NCBI GenBank assembly: GCA_030295235.1
Contig: AP026136.1
Span: forward strand, 992,001 to 1,056,000
DNA length: 64,000 nt
Direction of reading: 5' to 3'
From: Fistulifera solaris
Taxonomy: Eukaryota
Both the position numbers and the translations under genes were made by a program. The notes below the pieces were generated by a model. The model had not been told where the DNA came from, ran no database searches, and saw nothing but the letters and a program-made list of their open reading frames with translations. Below, piece after piece: positions 1-10,572 of this stretch. Position 1 is the stretch's first letter. Every line of letters begins with the position of its first letter.

Positions 1-46
1 ATTATTTGGTCCACCTAAGGTTTATACGTCCTTAGGTCCACCAGCA

Positions 47-70
47 TGGTACCGTACCGGTACGGTACCA
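47..70. other. Perfect 24-bp palindrome TGGTACCGTACCGGTACGGTACCA
   Basis: The sequence equals its own reverse complement. Confidence 0.9.
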
Positions 71-339
71 GTACACGTATTATGCCTATTATCCTTCAAA
101 TTTTGTAAACTTGTCTCCGACTCAACTAAAATCTCTCCCGGATATATAGACAAAAGAATACGAAGTATTCATTTCCGTGCAATCGAATACAATGGGAAGT
201 CGTTTCACCATGAATGTCAATAGCTCGCTTCATTTGATCAAGGTCACACCAGTGTGTTGATCTCGTCCGAAATTTCAAGATTCAAACTCATTATTTGCTC
301 TTCTTAGAATTTTTAATGGAACCTTTGTAGTTGGCTCCT

Positions 340-348
340 GTTTTACGA
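340..348 (+). repeat. Target-site duplication GTTTTACGA, left copy
   Basis: Abuts the left TIR and is identical to 6207-6215. A 9-bp TSD is typical of the Mutator superfamily. Confidence 0.95.
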
Positions 349-478
349 GGGAGACTTCCGTTAGGTCTCCAACCAGGGTGAACCTCTTCCGATAGCTCTC
401 CCGTTAGGAGAGACGTTAACTGACTACATTCAACTTTACAGTAGAGTACGCGCCATTGGATGTGGTACTAATTACTTA
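349..478 (+). repeat. Left terminal inverted repeat (130 bp)
   Basis: Exact reverse complement of 6077-6206, checked base by base. Confidence 0.97.
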
Positions 479-648
479 AAGGCCTTCCATCCATCATTAG
501 TTCTACTTAGGTCACGCACAATAACCGCACAATCGTTCGCGTTGTGCGTTTGTTCCGTTCCGACTGCCGACAAGATGATCAGAACGCTGCATTCCTTATT
601 GTCATAGTTGCCCTTCCGTTCCTACTGTTGCTCTTTTACAACATTAAC

Positions 649-3136
649 ATGTCGATCATTGAAACGAAGGAGCGACGATCATTCGTCACGATTATGCAAA
701 AATATGGGGCACTTCCTCCAACCGGTCCGTATGATTTTGAAAAGTTTCTCTATGACAAACCGATCCCTGAGGATGATCACGAGGAGCTTCTCCGCAGCAT
801 CGCTTTTGTGTAATGCGATCGAAAGCTCTTACGAGATGTCAGCAAGCACGGAGAAAGCCCTTGCTACGTGTGCACTTGCTGCAAAACGTTCTCACTTAAG
901 TTCAAGGAAGAAAACGGCGAACTTCGATTGCTACACGACCATCCTAGTACTAACTTCAGGCACAGTTTGTTTTGCACTCCAACAAACGACCTCCCAAAGG
1001 ACTGCCGCAGAAAATCAATGATAGTGCAGAACATTCCTGCTGTTCAAGACTTCTTCAAAACATGCTTCCAGGCACCAAACTTCGACAGTCATGCTACTCG
1101 CAAGAATCTCAACGCCGTCCTCAGGAAAGAGGGTTTCGACATCGAAGTTGGCCCGACAATGCATTCAAATCTCAAGAAACACTTCCGTGAGGTCTACCCG
1201 AAAGGATTTGTTGATGTACAATGAGCTGTTGGCCCAGTATCTTCGGAAATATGTCGAGCTAAATCCAAATGCCTCCGTCAATTTAGAAACTGACCAGAAC
1301 TCATGCTTTTTTCGGTCAACTGTGTTCATTGAGAATGCCGCGCACTTCTTTAGAAATGCCTGCATTCCTGCAATCTTTTAGACGGAACACACATCCGTAT
1401 ACCCCGAACACGATGGAATTGGAGTCCCGATCATAGGGGTCGATGGAAATGGAAGTAACATTCCACTTGGTTTTGGGTTGATTCCCTCGGAAAACAAGCA
1501 AGGGATGATATATATCCTTCTCATGATGTATCAAGCTGGGTTCAATTTCGAAGAGTTTCCAGTATTCACTGACCGAGGACACATTCTCGCCGCTGTCCGA
1601 GCGTTGGCAGAACATTATGGACTGGTTGTTTCCGTGAAGTATTGCTTGATTCATATTCTTCAAACATTTACCATCTATTCAATATCAATCAACGATCGCT
1701 GAGAGGGCAGAGCGGTCGCTTGGTTTATGCCAGCGAGATGCAAAGCTCCAGATGTTAACGCCTTCTTGGATGCTGCGAAGAAGCTTGTCAAAGCGCTTCC
1801 ACAAATTGAAGAAAACGAAACTCTTAGTACCGGTGCGCGAATTGTTATCTATGTTCTTGGGACAATTCATCCTACTCATTGGACTGTGTTTGGAAATACA
1901 CCGAGTCAACATGAATCTATGTGGGAGCCCCTATATTTTACCTATCTAGCTGAAGTGAATGGCTTCACAGAGATAAGTGGAGACGTCGACGAATGGAGGT
2001 GGTTGCTCAACGATCACGTGCCAGTTGGAAACAAGTTCCCTTTATATGGTTTCTGTTCAACAAATCATGTCGAATCGGCCCAGCAGTGGCTTCTACATCA
2101 TGAAGTGAGGACTAATACCCTCCACTAGCCATTTCTAACTTTTTGATGGCGGCTGCCGAATCTCTTCGACAATTTCGAGATGAAATAACAACCAAATCTG
2201 CTAGGTTCCTCACCATATACTTTCGAAGCTTGCAAGATACAGGCAATGAAGATCTAGATTTTGTAATAGAGGATGCTGAAGGATGCCCCGATGGCAGTTT
2301 GAAATTCAAATTGTACGCTGAAAAGCACAAGAAGACGGAGTATGTTACTTATGAACCCACGAGCACTCCGTCCCTGTACTGCTCCTGCAGTAGAACAGCG
2401 ATGCGGGAAATCTACTGCGGCCACATCAACCTTGTTTCACGTGACAAGATCCTCAACTTGGCCCTCAATCCCACCCTCTGTGTTTTCGCAATTCTGAAGA
2501 GTTTGGAAAAGTTCCGACAAGTGGTGATCGTCAGCTTCCTTACAGAGTTTCTTAACAACTATCCGCTGACTTGACGTCCCGGGATTTGGGGATATCAAGC
2601 TTGCTTATCAATCAGAAAACATTTATCCATCACCAACTTACACTGACAAGCTTAACTCGGGGAACAGAATAATCAGTAATGGTGAACCGGGACCACGTAA
2701 GTCAAAGAAAAAGAAGCAATCGGCGCTGGAATCAGCACGAATGACAAAGGAGTATGAGCCAAGTTCAAAGAACAAGCTCAGTCGAAATAACGATGCAATA
2801 GCAGAAGCGATTGCCGCCGATGGTCTGTTTGATTTTGGGACCAAACCAAAGGCGGAACACATGCAACAGCTAGAATCAACTCTTGGACGCAAACGTAGAG
2901 ACGGCAAGCCCTTACCTCGGCACTGCTTTCACTGCAGATCACCGAATCACACAATTCGACAGTGTCTGGACTACCTCAAAGATGATCGAAGGTACATGGA
3001 TCCTGCATTACTTGAAACTGGCGCAATTCTGGTCAACCATTTCCCAACATGCGTCATTGACATGGATGCAGGAATTACTTCTGAAGATTTGGACAACGAT
3101 GATACCTCCGGGAGGACATGGCCTTCACAATATTGA
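649..3136 (+). pseudogene. MULE transposase (DDE + SWIM + CCHC knuckle), interrupted by stops and frameshifts as assembled
   Basis: Joining frames gives IFLDGTHIRIPEHDG..GVDGNGSNIPLGFGLIPSEN (D1 at 1381), VFTDRG (D2 at 1571), YCLIHI (CxxH at 1643), TNHVES (E at 2072), CSC-x8-CGH SWIM (from 2380) and CFHC-x4-H-x4-C knuckle (from 2924). There is an in-frame TAA at 811-813 and several indels. Confidence 0.88.
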
Positions 3137-3489
3137 CAAGATTGGCTTAGTAGAAGACTCTGATGCAGCCAATGCCATTGTCCAGTCACGGATTTTAAAG
3201 CTTACTGGAGAAGACGCTGCAGAAATTCACGCTGAAGACGACAACGAAAATAACTATCTTCTGGATATGGACCTTGCTCCGTCAGGTAGTAACCGAGATA
3301 TTGTAGTAATTATTCGTGACAAGGATTACACGGAAAGAAGAAGTCACGAACAAGAATTGACCATGGTTGATGATGTCGAGGGTAGGCATCCATGACGATT
3401 CCCGTCTGAACAGTGCACACTCGGGTCATCTGTCGACAATTCTAGAGGATGAAGATGTGGAACCAAGCACCGCACATAATGCTTTTGCC

Positions 3490-4480
3490 TCAAGTCCCGC
3501 GAACAACAGAATATTCAGTAAATGAAATGCCAACAACTAGAACAAAGAGGAGATCCAAACAAGTAACGAATTTAAAAGCATGAAGGCAAGTCCATCTACC
3601 GCAAAGTCATCGATATTGAAGACAGCGACCGCATCCAGACCGAATTTGAAACCACCGCCGACCACAACAGCTTGTGCTTCCAGTCCAGCAACAACAGATT
3701 TTTCATTAGTCAAAATGGCAACGAGAAGAGGAAACGGCCGAAACAGCCACCAAATCAAAAAGCTGAAGGAACAAGTCCCGCCACAACTGATTCGTCAATC
3801 TTTGAGAGGCCGACCATGAAGAGTCAAAATCTGAAGCCACCACCTGATATCAGAGCTCATGCCTTGACTATCGAACAGTCTTCAATGAATGAGAATACAA
3901 CACAAAAAAGGAAAAGATCGAAACTGACAGCAAATTCCAGAGCCAAAGGCCCGACTCATGCCCGTGAAAAAGAAGTTGAAACCGCCACCGATTGCAGAAG
4001 CAAAAGCAGGAAGTCCCGCCACAGCAGTTTCTTCCATAGTTGAGATGCCAACTATGAAGAGGGGTAATCTGAGAGCACTGCCAAGATCTCATTCAAACAG
4101 TCCAACAACCTAAGTATCACGATTCCTGAAGATATGATTATAAAGATACCGAAGACAGAACCCACTAATGCAAGTCCCGCCACGCCTGCTAGTGACGATT
4201 CATCACATGTATTTAAAAGGCGATTAGACATCCAAAAGAAGAATGCAAGTCCCGCCAAATCCGGTAATCTCAGTGACGATTCGTCGCATTTCCTGAAAAT
4301 GCCGCTAGATCTGCGAAGAAAGAACTTGGCACAAAATGAAGCGCTCTCAAGTTCATTTTCAGTGGGTATTCCGAAAACCAGAAGAACTCGTAGAGCTATA
4401 ACAAGTCCCGCTACTGCCACTAGTGGGACCTCATCACAATTCTTGAGAACACCCTTCGACCTGAGACGTAAGATTGTAGA
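3490..4480 (+). repeat. Degenerate tandem coding repeat (SPAT..DDSSHFL..PLDLRRK) inside the transposon
   Basis: Six exact copies of AAGTCCCGC at 3492, 3773, 4011, 4172, 4247 and 4403. The last three units also share SS(H/Q)(F/V)..(L/F)D(L/I)(R/Q)(R/K)K. Confidence 0.8.
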
Positions 4481-5037
4481 TCCCAGAAATGAAAATCAAT
4501 TTTCATTACGTCGACAACAAGTAAGGCAAATTGGAGTAGCCCCTTTGCAACCCCCCAGTCATTACTGATGAACCATCAAAGATCGTATCCTATTTTTACG
4601 ACACAGCTTATCCATTTGTGGGAACCATTGAGCAATTAAATTGTTTGGTTCAAGAACACGAGTTTGATATTCCAGAATCATTTACGGAAACGGAAACAAA
4701 TGATTTAACGATGAAAAGAAGGGCTTCAACCCGAAAACGCAAGGGCGCAAACCAGCGAGGACTTGTGAGTGAGAACAATATTGCAATCCACGCAGCGGAA
4801 TACTCTTGCAGAGACAGCAAAAGGAAAGAAGTGGAATAGAATCATTTATCACTGTAGGGACAAGAAAGAATGGAAACGATCTGATTTACAACAAAGAAGA
4901 TGCCAGGGGATCTCTTCGGTCACTCCTTTTTGCAATCCAGTGCAAAGGGCGTTGATAAAGGTCGAGTCGCCACGACCTGAAGAGGGAAAGAAGCATCATA
5001 TCAAGGTGCTAGTGGTGCCACGGCATCCATAACCAGT

Positions 5038-5713
5038 GAATGCCTTGAAATTATGAACTCGCAATGTTATTTCAATGACGCGATTGTGAACAGTTTCCTT
5101 GAAAGCATAACAAGCAAGACCGTGAACGGATGAGGGAGTTATTGCACACCCGTCGTATGTCATGAGTAATCTGTGGGATTCCGCCAACCAAAATATTAAG
5201 AGAGAGGGTAGACTGCAGCTTAGTTCAGCGTTTGTGGCATTGAATTCTATGACAAAATCGAACAATTTGGGCATTCATTTATTCCCTATGTGCAAGGAGA
5301 GGCACTGGTGGTTGATGGTGGTTGATGCCGATAATCGAAGTTATTTATTCGCTCGACTCCCTCGAAGATCCGGACGATCACTACTCTAATGCTGTCTGGC
5401 TTTCAGGTTTATTTAAATTCGCGTGCGGTGAGGCAGCAATTAGAATGCTGCCAACAAGCGAGCAGCAGGAATCAACATTACCCGATTTCGGCCTCCGTGG
5501 GAATACCAAGAAATGCGTCTTCCCAATAAACTATTGCAACATGATGGCCATAGTTGCGGACCATATGTATGTTTTTATGCGGCGACAATTCTGAAACATG
5601 GTCGACGTGCCCTCAATGAGAGGACATGGTTCCTTGACTCTATTTCGGAGATTGGAGTCGGAGATGATCTCCGACCTTTTGTATTTGATGTTATGTTTCA
5701 ATTGGCTGAATGA
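5038..5713 (+). pseudogene. Ulp1/SENP-like C48 cysteine protease domain carried by the transposon (frameshifted as assembled)
   Basis: Motifs occur in order across frames: YFNDAIVNSFL (equivalent of WLNDxVIN), FPMCKERHWWLMVVD (His at 5303), YSLDSL (Asp at 5355), QHDGHSCGPYVC (Gln 5537, Cys 5555). Confidence 0.85.
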
Positions 5714-5832
5714 CACGTATAGAGTAATGTGTGATATTAATCAACCAAGTCTAGTTTGAAACTGAAATTGTGTAGATTGGGTTTTGATTATTTACACGAA
5801 GTAGTTTTCGACCAAAGCCTTGATCGGTGGAA

Positions 5833-5972
5833 GGTCACGTAGGCTGGGTTTTTCTTTATTGGAAGGTCGCTCGCTGCATCAGGGTCACGTAGGCTGGTTT
5901 TTCTTTATTGACAATTGAGAGCGGTCGCGCTCGCTGACTTTTCTTTATCAAGAGCGGTCGCGCTCGCTGACT
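5833..5972 (+). repeat. Subterminal direct repeats of the transposon
   Basis: GGTCACGTAGGCTGG(G)TTTTTCTTTATTG twice (5833-5861, 5883-5910). AGAGCGGTCGCGCTCGCTGACT twice (5918-5939, 5951-5972). Confidence 0.9.
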
Positions 5973-6076
5973 ATTGTTTATTGAGGATTTGGTTATCTTA
6001 GAGGGGTGATTCATGAATCATCCGGGACTGTCATTCATAAGGCTTTGTTACTTTATCGAGCAACCTAAGTAGATTC

Positions 6077-6206
6077 TAAGTAATTAGTACCACATCCAAT
6101 GGCGCGTACTCTACTGTAAAGTTGAATGTAGTCAGTTAACGTCTCTCCTAACGGGAGAGCTATCGGAAGAGGTTCACCCTGGTTGGAGACCTAACGGAAG
6201 TCTCCC
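6077..6206 (-). repeat. Right terminal inverted repeat (130 bp)
   Basis: Exact reverse complement of 349-478. Confidence 0.97.
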
Positions 6207-6215
6207 GTTTTACGA
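6207..6215 (+). repeat. Target-site duplication GTTTTACGA, right copy
   Basis: Abuts the right TIR and is identical to 340-348. Confidence 0.95.
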
Positions 6216-6542
6216 CTCCAACAAATTTGTAGTCCTAGCTACCAACAAAAGCTTCAAATTCAACTAGGAATTATTTTCGGTACATTGACATTGACGCTTT
6301 ATTATGCTTCACATGTGCCTATGAGTACGAATAGAGTCAGCGAGAGAAAGGGAAAGGACATGTCATTCGAAATTTGAACCAATCGGCAGTCAGAACTATT
6401 GTATCGTCAAAGATTTTGCGGATAAGCAGCGATACTCCATGTACAGTAACGTTGTTCCGTGTCTTATTCTATGTGCAGCACCCTTGAGCAGAGCTTTCGG
6501 AGAAGCACCAGGTGGATGTAACATTCGTCCACGATCGCTCCA

Positions 6543-7674
6543 TCACCTTTTTACATGCCCTGTTTCAACAATCCAAGCTCTTTTGATCCCCACTTTTTCA
6601 CGAACCAAATATTGTTTCTTGTAGGCATCGCATCTAGCCGCTTTATGGTGTCAAAGCCCGAAGTAATAACACCAAAGCAGGGTTCGTCGTCATGAATGTC
6701 TCGATTATCCGCCGTGTTTATATAAAATGCCGGGCTACCATCAACCGCAAAGCCGACGGTATTTTTCTTATGAGGATATAAATGACTGTACTCGCGAAAC
6801 ACCACTCCATCGAGACCCGCTTTCGTAAACGCTTCTGCCTTGGCAATGGCCGAGCTGCCATCGTAGGGTATGGGGGCCGCTTTGATGGCATGTTGGGCGT
6901 TGAGAATGAATGAACACCCGTTCAAAAGACCCGACGATACCATATCCAAGAACGTCAAGACAGTGTGCGGGAGTAATTCGGCTGGCACGAGTTCAATGAT
7001 AAAGTGGGTCGGTCCGTCGGCTGCGTCCGGAAATAGCAGTTCCATTCCGACTTTGATGGGATCGTGCCCATATTTTTTCCGCACTTCGATGAGACTAGTG
7101 GATTTTATTTTTGAATGAGCTGTGAAACTTGAGCCTTCTCTCTAGTCACTTTAGTTTCCAGTACTTTCATGTCATGCATGGCACGAAAGCTTTTGACGCT
7201 GTTGGCGACCCCATTGGAGGGTTCTTCGGGTTGAATGAGTTTCATCAAGGCATCCGCCTCCCGCTGCATCGCATAGAGTTCTTTCGCGGTGTCTCGTACC
7301 TTCCCACCGACACGTAACTGCATCTGTTCCATGATATGAACTTGCACGGCCGTATTTATTACAGCTTCTCGCGAAATGTAAATCGAAGCCATGCCCAAAA
7401 TAACAAAACTCATGAGAATCAGCGGCAACTTGCGTCTCTCACCGGATACCGGAAATATAATGCCTTGTCTCGGAGAAGAGGGAGATGGAACGGAAGAAAG
7501 AGATTCGTCATCAAGGAAGGGATCCGCAGGAATGTGTCTTCTGTGCGAAAGAATAGTATGCCGTTTGTCCGGCGAAATACTTCTTGATAGGTGTGCATTT
7601 TCACTTAGGTTATTGTTGTTTGTATGATCTGTTGTTCTCTGTCCATGAAAACTACCGCTGGATGACCAATGCAT
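6543..7674 (-). CDS. Membrane-anchored coiled-coil protein with C-terminal divergent cyclophilin-like domain
   Basis: ORFs 7105-7674 and 6551-7084 join if one A is added to the A-run near 7110. Order is TM (LPLILMSFVILGMASIYI), coiled coil, then ELVPAELLPHTVLTF, FREYS..YPH, FYINT..N and PCFG, which resemble the cyclophilin fold. A second A-run indel lies near 6595. Confidence 0.6.
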
Positions 7675-8055
7675 TATTTTCCATTGTCAGAAATGCATTC
7701 CTTTACTTTTTGAAGTGATTGCAGATGAGGAAGCTTGCAGATGGACTTTTGACAAAAAGACCTCAAACAAAAAACAGTTCGTTGTTATTATTTATTGTGC
7801 GTGTCGCGGTTAGAGTTACTCTTCACCGTGTTGTCGGCACTCACTCACAGTGTGAAAGAGCCATCACGGTGTGACAAGGACAACTCCTCGGGACGACACT
7901 CTTGGATGAAGAATGTAAAAGCAAATGCAATCTGAAATCTGAACTAGGTCTTTATAGTCCAGCTTTTAAACATTATTTATTGATCCGAATAGGCACTTGG
8001 AATATTGGCAAATTACGCGGAGCGTCCTTCATGTACTCTCAATCATCGTTGTTTC

Positions 8056-9004
8056 TCATATAGCTAGAGTGACGATATACAGGTCCAGAAAAATGCATAT
8101 AAATACCAAGCAAACGAAACATTGAAAGTAAGGCATATTCCTTTTGCCAATGGCAGTTCCAGTCCATGGGCATCTAAGAAAAAAGGTGAGAATCGGAAGC
8201 TAGAAATGCCAACGAAAAACTTTCTCTTCCTGTAAAAACTCACGTGTGATCAAAGCCTTCCACCACGACTGCACAATCCGGATCGTACTGTGCTCGTTTC
8301 GGGCGGTAGGATACCGCTTGATCGGTCCACCTCCATGTACTCTCGTCTTGCGGTGGTGGCTTATGGTATTTGTACAAGATGCCCGGATCTGTGCATGCCG
8401 TCAACGCGAGAGATACCATTAAACTGACCGTACATAGCGCCCACATAAGAATTACAACATATGGAGTGTTTCCTTTTATAATCAGCTTGAAGGTATACCA
8501 TGAAGCGGCGAAAATGAGTGGATAAGTGATCAAAATCAGCATAGGCCAAAAGGGACCCACCACAATTTGAATGACGGGTCGTGTAAAAGTACGGGATATA
8601 ATTTCTCCTGATTCTTCATCTTCGATGACTTCCTCAACCAATTCTTCCGTTGATTTTAACACACTCATATTCCCAACTCGCTGTGCCCCCAAGCGAGAAC
8701 AAATCCAAGCCGAACAGCACAAACACCCCGTGTGATCACGTTCCAGTTCCGAATCACCATACGCTCGACTGGGTTTACATGGTTTGCGACTTTCCTCCCA
8801 CCATGTGCGTTCCGTGAGTCCGACGGCAAATGGGGATTCACGCCATTGTTTTATTCGCATATTGTGTCGTTCCATGTCATACAAGTCATCGACCGACGAC
8901 GACCGCGGCTCACCACCACTTTCGAGCGATAAACTGACGATTTCTCGGTTCTCCGGCCCCACTTGTTGCCTGTCCTTAGCTACTGCTGCACGTCGTTGTG
9001 GCAT
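8056..9004 (-). CDS. DHHC-like palmitoyltransferase homolog with DHTC motif (paralog 1)
   Basis: GPFWP, two TMs, TDPG, RPKRAQYDPDCAVVVEGFDHT. A GT-AG intron at 8174-8243 is followed by CPWTGTAIGKRN, one TM and a stop at 8056-8058. Confidence 0.85.
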
Positions 9005-10572
9005 AGTATATCATCTGTGTTCGTTTGTTTCTGTACAACAATATCCAGTCACTTTTCCAGACACAAGAAACAGAATTAGAAATGCAATAGAAACAGCAGT
9101 CTGCTCCAATTCCTTTCGAATATCCGGGTTTTCCTCTGTCGATGAATGTCCCTATTGGCTATGGGGCCTACTTTGTACCTAATTTACGCGTAGAAGACTT
9201 CTTTCGAACGCCATGCGCATCTGTAGTCCTCTGTTCGTTGTTTCATTCATTTCGCAACGATGTATCGAATATTGTAATAACCCAATACGAACGAACAATG
9301 TTAATGAAGGTAATAAATAATGACATTTTTAAAGTCTAATTGACGCAAGGAACAGTCGGCTCGAATTCCGTCATACTGGTATCGAGACACCTTCTACATC
9401 AATCAATTTCCTATCGACTCCTCTTCTCTTTCGTAAGTTTGTTTGACAAAAACACGCGGCAACCGTTGTTCGAGATCACACACTGGTCCATAAACTGGAA
9501 GGATTCGGAACCATCATTTATTCGCCATCTTTCGATATAGCGTTGATTGAATTATTTTTTCTGCACCGAAAAGTAGCAGCTTTGATCCACAACGGTGGCT
9601 TCACATTCCTCGTCGTCATATATACCGGAATCATCGACGGTGCGGTTTTCAAGTATGTGCTATTTCGAAAGTCGAAACAACGTTGCGCCGCTGTTATTAT
9701 GGAATACGGCGACTGACTGTGGCTTTCTTCATCAGTAACGAAGGGTTACTGTCATGGGACAAGCTGAAAAACGTGGTCCTCAAGTGGAACGGTTTTTACG
9801 ACTGCGAGAAAGAGATTTTCGAAAAGATCCGTTGATCTATTGACATTGTTGCTGAAAGTATTCTACCAATTGTAACTGACAGAAAGCGATCGCCGTCAAC
9901 GCGAAAGAACCAATCGTATTTCAAACAATTAGCCAACCAGGAAAAGAAGCTCTCAAAAAAGAGAATGAAAATGGTCATTTGCAATTCGTGCATCCACCAA
10001 TTGTAAGATCTTGTCGTTTGATTTGAAGTCTACTAAGTCAGGCACCCAGATTTCGAAAAGTCGTTGCATTCTTTCGAGTGGTCGAAATAAGAATTAGTTT
10101 TCCTATACGAAGTTGCTGACAACAGAAAAGCATTCAATCTCCCTTTTGAATCATCGACTGGAACGGCTCTGATATAAAGTTTTAGGTCAATGAGTGCTAG
10201 ACAAGTGGACTTTTCATACCTTAGATGCATAATGACGAAGAGTCTGATACCAGGTAACCGACTTCATTGATGAAAACACCTCCGGTACTGACACTGTAAC
10301 GCCTACAGTACTATTCGACACTCTAGGAGTGTCTTATTCGCAACGGGATACGGGAACACGACGCGACGCGACAAAATTATTCCGCAACACACTTGCACCT
10401 TCATCCTTCTTTTTCACGCAAGTTGATTGTTTCATTTTTCAAATGAATATCAAGTCCAAATATGGATCTATTATACTACAGTTCAGACGAATCATCGTCG
10501 ATTGCATCCACGAATCAAGACGGAGCAGCGCCAGAAACGTGACATGAGACTTTCGCTGACGACACAAATTGG

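Larger units (their letters stand above)
349..6206 (+). mobile_element. Mutator-like (MULE/MuDR) DNA transposon, full length, carrying a Ulp1-type protease domain
   Basis: 130-bp perfect terminal inverted repeats starting GGGAGACTTCCG (349-478 and 6077-6206). Identical 9-bp direct repeat GTTTTACGA on both flanks (340-348, 6207-6215). Internal MULE transposase motifs. Confidence 0.96.

Noticed and set aside
3490..4480. CRISPR-like array from recurring AAGTCCCGC
   Set aside because: The repeat is only 9 bp, spacing is irregular (75-281 bp), the context is eukaryotic and there are no cas genes. It is a coding repeat.
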